NCBI GenBank assembly: GCA_903892635.1
Contig: CAITJH010000086.1
Coordinates: 36,227 to 100,226, forward strand
From: an uncultured Actinomycetes bacterium
GTDB taxonomy: Bacteria; Actinomycetota; Actinomycetes; S36-B12; UBA5976
DNA: 64,000 nucleotides
Direction: 5' to 3'
Position numbers and translations under genes: made by a program. The notes beneath the pieces are model-generated. The model was not told the DNA's origin, did not search any database, and saw only the letters and a program-made list of their open reading frames with translations. This document shows positions 19,122 through 28,762 of this stretch, piece by piece (position 1 is the first letter of the stretch; each line of letters starts with the position of its first letter).

Positions 19122-20860
19122 GGACGTGCAGTTATAGGCATGTGCAGCGAATAACCATCTGTGATGCGAACCATTCGAGTACGACCATCACATAACCAAT
19201 TAAGAATCATCTCGGTTTCGCGAACCAGTGTTTGATCATTGAGAAGTGTGGCACTTGTCAGAGTTAAAGCATTGACAGTTGGTAGTGGATCAATTCCGAA
19301 TGGTACATGTGCGCTTTGGGACAATCTGCCGTGCCTGATTACGTGAATGTCCCAACCGGCAGTTTGAGTTGGGCTTGCGGCGATTAATTCGGGAATGTCG
19401 CGAAGTTGATTGATAAAAGTGACGTCATGAATAGCGTTGGTCAGACCCGTGAGTTGATCCCGAATGTGCGCAGCACTCTCATAGTTCTGTTCTCGGCTTG
19501 CTGCTGCAAGTTTTTCGCTGAGTGATTGAACTATTGCACTGGGATCACGCATTGCAATTTTGGCAAAATCTACTTCGCTGTTGTGCGAGTCAACATCTGA
19601 GCCATCGCGGCAAGGAGCAACGCACCGATTCATTTCGAATAAAGCACAGGGCAGTATCGATAGTGATTTGGTAATCAATAGTGAGCATTCACGAATAGGA
19701 AAATGAGCATTAAAGGCTGCCATGACGGTCTGAGCTGATTCTCGTGAAGCAAACGGACCAATTGCTGATCGCTCGTAGGGAAGTGGATGCGCCTGACGAG
19801 TGATCGTCAATTTCGGGACACGATCTTGAGTAAACGTAAGCCACATGGTTCGTTCCGGATTGCGCGAGCGAACATTGAATCGTGGTTTAAGTTCGGCGAT
19901 CATTCGAATTTCTCGGATGGATGCTTCAAGTTCTGTTCCACAGGGAATGCATGAGACGCTTTGAGCTAACTCGATCATGTGATTCATTCGGCCTCGCGTC
20001 TCGGCCAATGTGAAATAGGAGTGAATTCGCTTACGCAGGTTTTTTGATTTTCCAACGTATAGAGGCTTGCGATTTCCATCGAAAAAAACATAGACCCCGG
20101 GTTGTGACGGAGCATCGGCAGCCAGATGACGCTTTCGCCGACGTCGCTCTGTTGCTTGTCCGCGGTATGACGTGAGCGCCTCCACTGAATGAACGCCCAA
20201 GTTGCCAAGTCGCGCGATCAAACTGTGCAACACATGAACTGTCGCTCGTGCATCATCAAGAGCTCGGTGCGTTGGAGTGATGTCACTATTGAAATATGAC
20301 GCAAGCGTGCTGAGTTTGTGATTGCGAACTTCTTCGCGCTTGAGTGCTCGTCGAGCAAGTGCCACAGTGTCAAGCACTGTCGGATTTGGCCAATCTATGC
20401 TCAATCGTGCACAGTTAGCTTTTAAAAAGCCAACGTCGAATCCTGCATTGTGAGCAACGAGCACTGTGTCGGTTGTGGCATTTGATAGCCCTGCAAATTC
20501 CATGAATGAGGACAGTGCCGCATCAATTGACGGAGCAATCATGACATCTGCGTTTGTAATACCTGTGAGCACCTGTATGTAGGCCGGGATCGGAATTTTA
20601 GGATTGACGAATGTCTGGAATTCGCCCAGAACAATTCCTGCCCGAACCTTTACGGCTCCAATTTCTGTGATGGCGTTGTCGCGAGAATTCGTTCCTGTTG
20701 TTTCAAGGTCAACAACGACAAAAGTTGTTTCTACAAGAGGTGTCTCAACATCATTGATGATGTCATCGAGCGTCAACGCGGCAAGCGCCGTAGGTGAGCC
20801 AGATGTTGCATGCATAAATGTGACGCTACCGCTTAGTTCTGACAAGTGCATGATTGCCAA
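19037..20860 (-). CDS. DEDD 3'-5' exonuclease (Pol III epsilon-like) fused to a GIY-YIG nuclease domain (Rv2191-like)
   Basis: Exo motifs VVVDLETTG, HNAGFDVGFL and HRALDDA, then the GIY-YIG segment GVYVFFDGNRKPLYVGKSKNLRKRIHSYF. The true start may be an internal Met. The 3' end overlaps trpD by 85 nt. Confidence 0.85.
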   Translation of the reverse strand: MAIMHLSELSGSVTFMHATSGSPTALAALTLDDIINDVETPLVETTFVVVDLETTGTNSRDNAITEIGAVKVRAGIVLGEFQTFVNPKIPIPAYIQVLTGITNADVMIAPSIDAALSSFMEFAGLSNATTDTVLVAHNAGFDVGFLKANCARLSIDWPNPTVLDTVALARRALKREEVRNHKLSTLASYFNSDITPTHRALDDARATVHVLHSLIARLGNLGVHSVEALTSYRGQATERRRRKRHLAADAPSQPGVYVFFDGNRKPLYVGKSKNLRKRIHSYFTLAETRGRMNHMIELAQSVSCIPCGTELEASIREIRMIAELKPRFNVRSRNPERTMWLTFTQDRVPKLTITRQAHPLPYERSAIGPFASRESAQTVMAAFNAHFPIRECSLLITKSLSILPCALFEMNRCVAPCRDGSDVDSHNSEVDFAKIAMRDPSAIVQSLSEKLAAASREQNYESAAHIRDQLTGLTNAIHDVTFINQLRDIPELIAASPTQTAGWDIHVIRHGRLSQSAHVPFGIDPLPTVNALTLTSATLLNDQTLVRETEMILNWLCDGRTRMVRITDGYSLHMPITARPYSADMARRWLTDASTSSTDSAEPVSID

Positions 20861-20915
20861 TCAAAGTGTCAGAGCCTCGAGTTATGTTGGCGATAGTCCA
20901 GCGGAAGGAAAAGCG

Positions 20916-21116
20916 ATGATCGTAGATTGCGACTCATGCATTATGAAAGATCTTGCCTGCGGTGACTGTGTGGTGACCATGCTCCTTGGCGATGCTCAGG
21001 TCAGTGTCAGTGAACACAGCGGTGTATTTGAAGTGCTTGCTCAGGCAAAACTTACAGCACCTTTGCGCTTAATCGTTAATGAGGAACATAGAGGTGCCGT
21101 AGCTGACGTTGGCTAG
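20916..21116 (+). CDS. Hypothetical small Cys4 protein (66 aa)
   Basis: ATG at 20916 preceded by GGAAGGAAAAG. N-terminus MIVDCDSCIMKDLACGDCVVTMLLG (CxxC-x7-CxxC). The upstream part of the 170-aa ORF is antisense to the exonuclease gene and was discarded. Confidence 0.5.
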   Translation: MIVDCDSCIMKDLACGDCVVTMLLGDAQVSVSEHSGVFEVLAQAKLTAPLRLIVNEEHRGAVADVG

Positions 21117-21163
21117 TGTGCCGTACGGCAAGATAGAGCCATGAAGTTGGCATTCAGGAGTTA

Positions 21164-22318
21164 GTGGTGGCTAAACACACGCTTGTCGTCACTAACGATT
21201 TTCCACCGCGCGAAGGTGGAATTCAAACTTTCATTTTCGAGTTGGTGTCTCGATTCGAGCCTTCAACTGTGACTGTCCTTGCCTCGCATTTCGAGGGAGA
21301 TGTTGCTTTTGATGCCACTCTTCCATTTAGTGTTATTCGTTCGTCATATTCAGTCTTACTTCCGACTCCTGCGACCTCAAAGCTTGCTCGAAGGATCATT
21401 ACTGACAAGAAGGTCACCCGAGTCGTATTCGGAGCAGCAGCGCCGCTGGGATTGCTCGCGCCGACATTTCGATCCCATGGCGTGAAAGCCTTGGTCGGTA
21501 TTACTCATGGTCATGAAGCAGGTTGGGCTATTACGCCGGTCACAAGGCAGTTATTGCGGCGAATTGGAAAATCACTCGACGCAATGACGTACTTAGGTGA
21601 TTACACCCATAAAAAAATTGGGAACGTGCTGGACGAAAAATCACGAAATGCCCTGGTGCAATTAGCGCCCGCGGTTGATCCGCAAGTTTTTACACCAGAA
21701 AATCGTGAAGCCGGTCACCAACTAAGAAAAGATAACGGCCTGGATCACAAGCAAGTCATTGTCTGTGTATCGCGGTTAATGGAGCGAAAAGGTCAAGATG
21801 CTCTTATTGAGGCTATGCCAAAGGTTCTTTCGCAAGTCCCTAACGCGCATTTAGTAATCGTCGGTGGTGGAAGTTACGAGCCGACACTTCGAAAACTTAT
21901 CGATAAGTTGAATCTAGAAAACTATGTCACGATGACTGGGAAAGTTGCATTCGATCAGCTTGCGAAGTGGTACGCGGTCGGCGATGTATTCGCTATGCCA
22001 TGTAGAACTCGAAATGGTGGTTGGGACGTCGAAGGGCTCGGCATCGTATTTCTTGAGGCGAGCGCAACTGGTCTTCCTGTTATTGCTGGTAACTCCGGTG
22101 GCGCACCCGATGCCGTCATTGATGGTGTTACTGGTTATGTCGTTGACGGTCGAGATCAATCAGATATTGTTAATCGATTAGTCCAGGTTTTATCCAATGA
22201 GGCTCTTGCATCTTCACTTGGCGCGGCTGGTCGGGAATGGGTTCTTAAAGCGTGGACGTGGGACAACGCGGTCACGAGTTTGCAAGCGCTGCTTGAGAAG
22301 TACGATCCGAGTTCCTAG
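21164..22318 (+). CDS. GT4-family glycosyltransferase (PimB'-like mannosyltransferase)
   Basis: 384 aa. C-terminal EX7E-type segment FLEASATGLPVIAGNSGGAPDAV. Syntenic with Rv2188c as recalled. Confidence 0.85.
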   Translation: MVAKHTLVVTNDFPPREGGIQTFIFELVSRFEPSTVTVLASHFEGDVAFDATLPFSVIRSSYSVLLPTPATSKLARRIITDKKVTRVVFGAAAPLGLLAPTFRSHGVKALVGITHGHEAGWAITPVTRQLLRRIGKSLDAMTYLGDYTHKKIGNVLDEKSRNALVQLAPAVDPQVFTPENREAGHQLRKDNGLDHKQVIVCVSRLMERKGQDALIEAMPKVLSQVPNAHLVIVGGGSYEPTLRKLIDKLNLENYVTMTGKVAFDQLAKWYAVGDVFAMPCRTRNGGWDVEGLGIVFLEASATGLPVIAGNSGGAPDAVIDGVTGYVVDGRDQSDIVNRLVQVLSNEALASSLGAAGREWVLKAWTWDNAVTSLQALLEKYDPSS

Positions 22319-23480
22319 CGGCTAGGTGAAGTTGTCGCCACGCCAAAAAAGTAGCCCACATCAAAGTCGCGATTCGAATTGTTTGAACAATTGTCGGAAA
22401 TACTTCACCTTGTTGGTAGGCAACGTAGGCAAAGGGATAAAGAATTTGCCCACACAACGCACTGACAAAAAACAGCTTTGTGATCAGCGCAAAGTCTTTT
22501 GAGGGCTTAAACGCACAAACAGCAAGGATGCCGAAAATCCAAATGTTGTATTGCGGTGATAACACTCGACTAGTGATCATGGCGATGAGAACTATCGCAA
22601 GCGCTGCATCAGCAGGCTCTACAGTCTCGATCCGCCCTTGAAGTCGCCACAGTGCGATTCGTCCAAGGGCGATAACCGTGATGAACGTGATGAGTGCAGA
22701 CACAACGGAGGTTCCATTGGCAACAACTTCAATTGCGCCATACCTAAATCCTGTTGACACAGTATGTGGACCTGCATTCCACCACATGTAAGGCAGAGCA
22801 CCTACGGACTCGATCTGCAACCCTCGGGATCGTTGACCGGAAACGAAAGAGAAGCTTCCGGGCCACCAGAGTTTAAGAAGAATTGATCCTGCAAGTCCTG
22901 TGATGGTGAATGCCAACGTTGTACGCACGAGTTTGTCACGACGAACAGTAAGTAAGCCAAGACCTGGCCAGACTTTAAGAAGTGCACCAACTGCAAACCA
23001 TGCTCCTGAACGCAATGGTGAATTTACTGCCAACAATCCCAGAATCATCATGAGTGTTGGAAAGACATCAAATCGCCCAAGCATGATTGGCCCCATTATT
23101 ACTGGAGCCGCCAGCCAAATAATCGCTGGAAGATAATTTGGAAGCTGTCGTGATCGACATGTAGCAACAAGAACGCCCATCACAATGGCATCAACTACGA
23201 CAGTAAGAAATATGAATCCCACGGTATTTGTAGCGATGGAATAGCCGGCAAAGAAAATCAATGCAGCTAACGGAGGGTACTGCCACATCGGATCATTGAT
23301 AGGGAAGTGTCCATCCGAAATGTTGCTAGACCACCAGTCGTACAGTTGGACATCGCTAAAGAGGAATTGTGACTGCGGGTATGGCAAAAGTTGGGATCCA
23401 GACGCTAAAGCCCATGCTCTAGTGATAAGCCAAAGAATCGCCAAGCCTGTTGGCGAGACCTTTCGAAGAGCATTCATCAT
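22272..23480 (-). CDS. Polytopic GT-C type glycosyltransferase (DUF2029/GT87-like, Rv2181-like)
   Basis: 402 aa with at least 9 predicted TM segments by eye. Position is next to pimB-like and fadD15-like genes. No catalytic motif confirmed. Confidence 0.55.
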   Translation of the reverse strand: MMNALRKVSPTGLAILWLITRAWALASGSQLLPYPQSQFLFSDVQLYDWWSSNISDGHFPINDPMWQYPPLAALIFFAGYSIATNTVGFIFLTVVVDAIVMGVLVATCRSRQLPNYLPAIIWLAAPVIMGPIMLGRFDVFPTLMMILGLLAVNSPLRSGAWFAVGALLKVWPGLGLLTVRRDKLVRTTLAFTITGLAGSILLKLWWPGSFSFVSGQRSRGLQIESVGALPYMWWNAGPHTVSTGFRYGAIEVVANGTSVVSALITFITVIALGRIALWRLQGRIETVEPADAALAIVLIAMITSRVLSPQYNIWIFGILAVCAFKPSKDFALITKLFFVSALCGQILYPFAYVAYQQGEVFPTIVQTIRIATLMWATFLAWRQLHLAARNSDRTSQAALANS

Positions 23481-25273
23481 TTGTAGAGTGAATCAATGAC
23501 ACTTGCGAAGTCATGATTGATGACGTGTCTGCGGATGCTCAACTTTGGAGTGAGGTAGCCATTTTCGATGGTCAAATCGATTGGCAGAATCACAAATTTT
23601 TTGATCGCTTCTGAATTCGATACCGCTTCATTCGCAGTATTAACTGCCTGTTGAACGATAGCCTTAACCTCCGCATTGTTTACAAGTTCGTCAATCGGAG
23701 CATTCGCGATATTGTGCGATTGCAAGATGCCTGGAAGCGCCTCTTGATCAAGTGTCACTAGAGCGCTGATGTACGGCTTCGCATCGCCAACCACAACACA
23801 CTGACTAATGATTGGTGCTGCACGTAGACGGTCCTCTAGAACATTCGGAGCCACATTCTTGCCCGCCGAAGTAACAATGAGTTCCTTCTTTCGACCAGTG
23901 ATGTACAAGTAGCCCTCATCGTCGAGGCGGCCTACGTCGCCGGAGTGGAACCATCCATCGTGCGTGATTGCGTCATGTGTAGCGGTCTCGTTATTCCAAT
24001 AGCCCTTGAAGATGTGATGGCCCCGCAGCAATACTTCGCCATCATCAGCAATGTGAACTTCGGTACCAAATACTGGTTTACCAACTGAGCCGATCTTGAT
24101 TGCGCCTGGAATGTTGAGTGTGCTACCCGCTGTCGTTTCGGTCAAGCCATAACCCTCGAGAACGGTTAGCCCGAGCCCACGGTAGAAATGCCCCAAGCGA
24201 GTTCCTAGAGATGCGCCGCCAGAGATCGCATGGGTTACACGTCCTCCCATGGCCTCACGCAATTTGCTATAGACCAGTGAGTCAAATACCGAGTGCTTCG
24301 CTCGTAGAGCAAGTGATGGCCCACCACTATCGAGCGATTCGCTGTAGGCAATCGCAACATTTGTTGCAGCATCAAAAATCTTGCCCTTGATTGGACTCGC
24401 ATCGTGAGCCTTTGCACCTGCGCTATTGAAAACTTTTTCAAAAACGCGAGGAACTGCCAAAAGAAACGTTGGCTTGAAGGAATGTAAGTCCTTCAAAAGC
24501 GTGCCTGGATTGGGAGTGTGGCCGATTGTGACTCGAGCACGAATCATGGCCATTTGAATCACGCGACCAAATACATGTGCAAGTGGCAAGAACAGCAGAG
24601 TAGATGCATCTGGTCGAGCAAAAATGTCTGGAATGCCTGCGATGAGGTTGTCGCATTCAGACATAAAGTTTCCATGAGTCATCATGCAACCTTTAGGACG
24701 ACCTGTTGTGCCAGAGGTATAGATGATTGTGGCAATGTCATCGGGTGTTGCATTGCGTCGTCGAACGTCAAGTTCATCCTCAGTAATCGACGCCCCACGT
24801 TCGATAAGTCGATCAAGATCGCCATCGGCAAAAATGTACGAATGTTTCATGTCGGGAACTGTGGCGGCAATTTCATTAAACGGATACAAGGTGCGCTGTG
24901 CTTCAAAAAATGTTGCCACTACATGGCTGTCCTGCATCATCCATTGCACTTGCTCTGCCGATGACGTTTCGTAAATTGGAACCGTAATGCCTCCGGCATA
25001 CCAAATGGCATAGTCAGCAATGGTCCACTCGCTGCGAGTTCGCGAAAAGATTGCAATGCGTTCACCAGCCTGTAGGCCATCTGCGATTAAGCCTTTAGCC
25101 ACAGCTCGGACTTTATTGCGAAACTCTGATGTAGTCATGGGCGTCCAGACACCGTCGAGTTCGACAGATAGCGCCACAGCATGTGGCGCTACAGCGACGT
25201 TCTGTTCAATGTGGTCGGTGACATTACCCATGGTGGGGGTGGCCACAAGAGCAGGAGTACTGGCATTACGCAT
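23477..25273 (-). CDS. Long-chain fatty-acid--CoA ligase (FadD15-like)
   Basis: AMP-binding motif YTSGTTGRPKG, GYGLTET, and SGDVGRLDDEGYLYITGRKKE. Confidence 0.9.
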   Translation of the reverse strand: MRNASTPALVATPTMGNVTDHIEQNVAVAPHAVALSVELDGVWTPMTTSEFRNKVRAVAKGLIADGLQAGERIAIFSRTRSEWTIADYAIWYAGGITVPIYETSSAEQVQWMMQDSHVVATFFEAQRTLYPFNEIAATVPDMKHSYIFADGDLDRLIERGASITEDELDVRRRNATPDDIATIIYTSGTTGRPKGCMMTHGNFMSECDNLIAGIPDIFARPDASTLLFLPLAHVFGRVIQMAMIRARVTIGHTPNPGTLLKDLHSFKPTFLLAVPRVFEKVFNSAGAKAHDASPIKGKIFDAATNVAIAYSESLDSGGPSLALRAKHSVFDSLVYSKLREAMGGRVTHAISGGASLGTRLGHFYRGLGLTVLEGYGLTETTAGSTLNIPGAIKIGSVGKPVFGTEVHIADDGEVLLRGHHIFKGYWNNETATHDAITHDGWFHSGDVGRLDDEGYLYITGRKKELIVTSAGKNVAPNVLEDRLRAAPIISQCVVVGDAKPYISALVTLDQEALPGILQSHNIANAPIDELVNNAEVKAIVQQAVNTANEAVSNSEAIKKFVILPIDLTIENGYLTPKLSIRRHVINHDFASVIDSLYK

Positions 25274-25334
25274 GTAGGCAGATTAGCGGTTAATCAGGCA
25301 TTTGGCGGGTTATATCTGGGTACTCAATTGCTGT

Positions 25335-26063
25335 ATGCCTAAATTAGTGACTACCGTAGTACTCGTGGCGAAAAGCGATAACTTTTACCGGTTCCTAAAA
25401 AATGTGGCAATTGGTCCAGCTATCGAAGTCACATTTCATCCTTGGGTAGAAGGACTGGAAAACATTCCTGATAACGGTGCTGCAATTTTGGCAAGCAACC
25501 ACTTATCTTTTTCGGACTCGATTTTTTTGCCGGTTGCAGTAACCCGCAAGATTACTTTTTTGGCAAAGAGTGATTACTTCAATGCCCCAGGGGTACGTGG
25601 CAAAGTTACAGCGTCGTTTTTTCGTGGAGCTGGTCAAGTTCCAGTGGATCGCACTGGTGGCAATGCCAGTACAGCGGCGATCACCACTGGGGTACGACTC
25701 TTAAATGAAGGCCACCTACTAGGAATCTATCCAGAAGGTACTCGTTCGCCTGATGGCAAGTTGTATCGAGGAAAGACTGGTGTTGCTCGTATGGCGCTTG
25801 AAGCTCGAGTACCAGTCATTCCCATCGGGATGATAAACACCGAAAAAGTTCAACCTATCGGACGCTCGCGCCCAAACTTCGGTGTTGACGTAGGTGTGCG
25901 AATCGGAAAGCCAATTGATTTTTCACGCTACTACGGCATGGAAGATGATCGTTATGTCCTTCGTTCTATGACGGACGAAATTATGTACAAGATCATGGAT
26001 CTCACTGGTCAAGAGTACGTAGACATGTATGCTTCACGCGCTAAAACACTAGCCAGTGAATAA
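25335..26063 (+). CDS. plsC: 1-acyl-sn-glycerol-3-phosphate acyltransferase
   Basis: HX4D box NHLSFSDS and YPEGTRS. The start is uncertain: TTG 25302, ATG 25335 and GTG 25365 are all possible. Confidence 0.85.
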   Translation: MPKLVTTVVLVAKSDNFYRFLKNVAIGPAIEVTFHPWVEGLENIPDNGAAILASNHLSFSDSIFLPVAVTRKITFLAKSDYFNAPGVRGKVTASFFRGAGQVPVDRTGGNASTAAITTGVRLLNEGHLLGIYPEGTRSPDGKLYRGKTGVARMALEARVPVIPIGMINTEKVQPIGRSRPNFGVDVGVRIGKPIDFSRYYGMEDDRYVLRSMTDEIMYKIMDLTGQEYVDMYASRAKTLASE

Positions 26064-26066
26064 TCT

Positions 26067-27290
26067 CTAGCGATGCGCTAAAACTTCACCAATTGGTTGA
26101 TTGATTTGAGAAAGTAAATTGATAAACCAATCCTGAGTGACATCGAATGGCTTAGACCCTTTGACGCGGTCGAACTCGCAAGCTCGAATCACGTTGTTGT
26201 TGTCCTCATCTTGTCCAACTAGTCCAGTAACTTCATCAAGTGCCGCTTGTACTGCCACTTGTGCACAGGCTCGAATCAACTCTTGATCGCGATCATTTGC
26301 TGGAGCCGAACGTGAGTAGTAACCACTCTTTTGAACGAGAACCTTGTCCGCTTGGATCATTGGTGCGAACTGTTTAGCAAACCATGCACCGGGATTAATT
26401 TTGTCGATCTGAACATGTCCAAAAGCATCACGAGGAACTTCTTCGCCGCGTGATTGCATTTCCTCGATGATTGCATCAACTCCAGCACCTTCGGAGAGGA
26501 AGATGTTCACGTTGCCAACACGATCTATGACAGCCTTGAGGCGTTCAGCTTCAGCCTCGAGATTGATGGCTAATTCAGGCACAAATACGGCATGAATATC
26601 ACGGCGTTCTCTGGCGACACCAAATGCATCGAGCCAAGACGTCTCGTCAAGTAACTGTCGGTAGCTAACAGCAGTGGCAGCAGTCAACCATCCACAATGA
26701 CGCCCCATCACTTCATGAACGATTAGCATCCGAGTGTTTGACGTGTGCTCCGAAACGATGTTGCTAAAGAAGTGAGCCCCTTCGTCAGCTGCTGTCCAGG
26801 CTCCTAGGCTTTGAGCGATGGGGTAGACGTCATTGTCGATCGTCTTTGGAAGTCCTACTACGGACAAGCCGTAGTTGTTGGACTTGAGGAATGTGGCCAA
26901 ATCAGCGGCGGCAGTATTCGTATCGTCGCCACCGATTGTGTGAAGGACATCAACTCCGTCCTTGATTAGTTGATCAGCGGCAACGCGTTGAGGGTCTTGG
27001 CCCTCAACAACGAGGCCGCGTTTGATGCAGTCTTCGATGTTGGTCAGTTTGACGCGACTGTTTCCAATTGGGCTGCCGCCAAAGTTCTGCAGCAGATGAG
27101 CCTTTTCACGAATTTCTGGAGTGATGACAAGCGATTCGCCGCGTAAGAGCCCGTAGTAACCATTGCGGTAAGCGATGATCTCAACCTCGGGTGCGATCCG
27201 TGAATATTCCTCGATCAGTGCTCCGATTGCGGATGACAAACATGGTGCCAAGCCACCTGCGGTTAGGAGCGCTACGCGTTTCACAGACAT
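26067..27290 (-). CDS. pfp: Pyrophosphate-dependent 6-phosphofructokinase (PFP type)
   Basis: N-terminus VALLTAGGLAPCLSS, GGDDT (Asp where ATP-PFKs have Gly), TIDND and MGR. About 400 aa, like propionibacterial PPi-PFK. Confidence 0.8.
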   Translation of the reverse strand: MSVKRVALLTAGGLAPCLSSAIGALIEEYSRIAPEVEIIAYRNGYYGLLRGESLVITPEIREKAHLLQNFGGSPIGNSRVKLTNIEDCIKRGLVVEGQDPQRVAADQLIKDGVDVLHTIGGDDTNTAAADLATFLKSNNYGLSVVGLPKTIDNDVYPIAQSLGAWTAADEGAHFFSNIVSEHTSNTRMLIVHEVMGRHCGWLTAATAVSYRQLLDETSWLDAFGVARERRDIHAVFVPELAINLEAEAERLKAVIDRVGNVNIFLSEGAGVDAIIEEMQSRGEEVPRDAFGHVQIDKINPGAWFAKQFAPMIQADKVLVQKSGYYSRSAPANDRDQELIRACAQVAVQAALDEVTGLVGQDEDNNNVIRACEFDRVKGSKPFDVTQDWFINLLSQINQPIGEVLAHR

Positions 27291-27389
27291 GCCCCAAATC
27301 TACTAGACGCATTGTTTGTGTCCGTGAAGGGCAACGTTGCGGCAAACTTCGATTTAGTGATCGGTGTAAGAAAGCGTTAATCTTAAGGA

Positions 27390-28715
27390 ATGTCGGACAT
27401 CACATGGCCCAATCTGGTCGCTGCTCAGCAACCCGAGTATCCCGATGCCGTTGCTTTTGAGCAGGCTCAGGAAACTCTTCGTGCGTTGCCACCATTGGTT
27501 TTCGCGGGCGAATGTGATGAATTGACTGCAAAACTTGCCAAGGCAAGTGCGGGTAACGCATTTGTATTGATGGGTGGGGATTGTGCCGAAACGTTTGCCG
27601 CAAATACTGCTGATTCAATTCGTGCTCGCCTCAAAACTCTTTTGCAAATGGCAATCGTGCTGACCTATGGGGCTTCAGTTCCAGTCGTCAAGATCGGAAG
27701 AATCGCTGGACAGTACGGCAAACCCAGAAGCGCCGGCATGGAAACAGTTGATGGAATTGAACTTCCTTCTTACCGTGGCGATGCTGTTAACGGGCTTGAA
27801 TTCGACGCGGCCTCACGCGCCCACGATCCAATGCGTTTAGTTCAGACCTACCACGCGAGTGCTGCTGCGCTCAATCTTGTTCGTGCATTCACCCAAGGTG
27901 GGTATGCGGATCTGCGTCAGGTTCATTCGTGGAACCAAGATTTCGTTGGTGAATCTACACCAGGTAAGCGTTACGAACAGATGGCAGCGGAAATTGATCG
28001 TGCTTTGTCATTCATGGCCGCATGTGGCGCTGATCCCGACGAATTCCGACGTGCGGATGTTTACGCCAGTCACGAGGCGTTGTTACTCGATTACGAAAAG
28101 CCACTCACGCGTGTGGATTCACGTACCGGAAAGCTTTACGACGTTTCAGGACACTTCTTGTGGATTGGTGAACGTACCCGCGATCTTGATGGCGCTCATG
28201 TTGATTTTGCCTCGCGAATTAGTAACCCAATTGGCGTCAAGCTTGGACCGAAGTCCTCGCCCGATGTCGTGCGGGCGCTACTTGACAAGCTTGATCCGCA
28301 AAACACTCCCGGTCGATTGATGCTCATTACCCGCATGGGTGCAACTCAAATTCGCGATGTGCTTCCAGGCATCGTCGAAGCGGTGACCGAGACTGGCCAT
28401 CCTGTTACATGGGTGACCGATCCGATGCACGGCAATACTCGCGAAGCTGCGAGTGGTCATAAAACTCGACTGTTCGATGATGTTCTTGATGAAGTCAAGG
28501 GGTTCTTTGAAGTACATCGAGCACTAGGAACTCACCCTGGTGGAATTCATATCGAGCTCACCGGTGATGATGTCACGGAATGCCTAGGCGGAATCAGTGG
28601 CGTCAGTGAAAGTGACCTTCCGTTCCGTTACGAAACTGCGTGTGATCCACGACTTAATCGAGTTCAGAGTCTTGATTTGGCTTTCCAAGTCGCAGACATG
28701 TTGAAGGTGCGTTAG
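27390..28715 (+). CDS. aroG: Class II 3-deoxy-D-arabino-heptulosonate-7-phosphate synthase
   Basis: 441 aa with class II features (GRIAGQYGKPRS, WIGERTR, DPMHGNT). Rv2178c-like. Confidence 0.92.
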   Translation: MSDITWPNLVAAQQPEYPDAVAFEQAQETLRALPPLVFAGECDELTAKLAKASAGNAFVLMGGDCAETFAANTADSIRARLKTLLQMAIVLTYGASVPVVKIGRIAGQYGKPRSAGMETVDGIELPSYRGDAVNGLEFDAASRAHDPMRLVQTYHASAAALNLVRAFTQGGYADLRQVHSWNQDFVGESTPGKRYEQMAAEIDRALSFMAACGADPDEFRRADVYASHEALLLDYEKPLTRVDSRTGKLYDVSGHFLWIGERTRDLDGAHVDFASRISNPIGVKLGPKSSPDVVRALLDKLDPQNTPGRLMLITRMGATQIRDVLPGIVEAVTETGHPVTWVTDPMHGNTREAASGHKTRLFDDVLDEVKGFFEVHRALGTHPGGIHIELTGDDVTECLGGISGVSESDLPFRYETACDPRLNRVQSLDLAFQVADMLKVR

Positions 28716-28731
28716 TCCTTCATCGTAAGAG

Positions 28732-28750
28732 TCATGCGTCGTGCGCATGA
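28732..28750. terminator. Short hairpin between convergent aroG and the kinase gene
   Basis: TCATGCG-tcgtg-CGCATGA, a 7-bp stem with a 5-nt loop and no U-tract. Confidence 0.3.
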
Positions 28751-28762
28751 TGCCGCGGAGTA

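Noticed and set aside
20604-20915. Upstream 104 codons of the 170-aa plus-strand ORF
   Set aside because: Most of this stretch is antisense to the exonuclease/GIY-YIG gene, and it has no RBS. Only the distal 66-codon part, which has its own RBS, is kept.
24118-25277. Several 83-148-aa plus-strand ORFs antisense to the fadD gene
   Set aside because: They are nested in a gene with clear AMP-binding motifs. They have Cys/His/Arg-rich nonsense composition.
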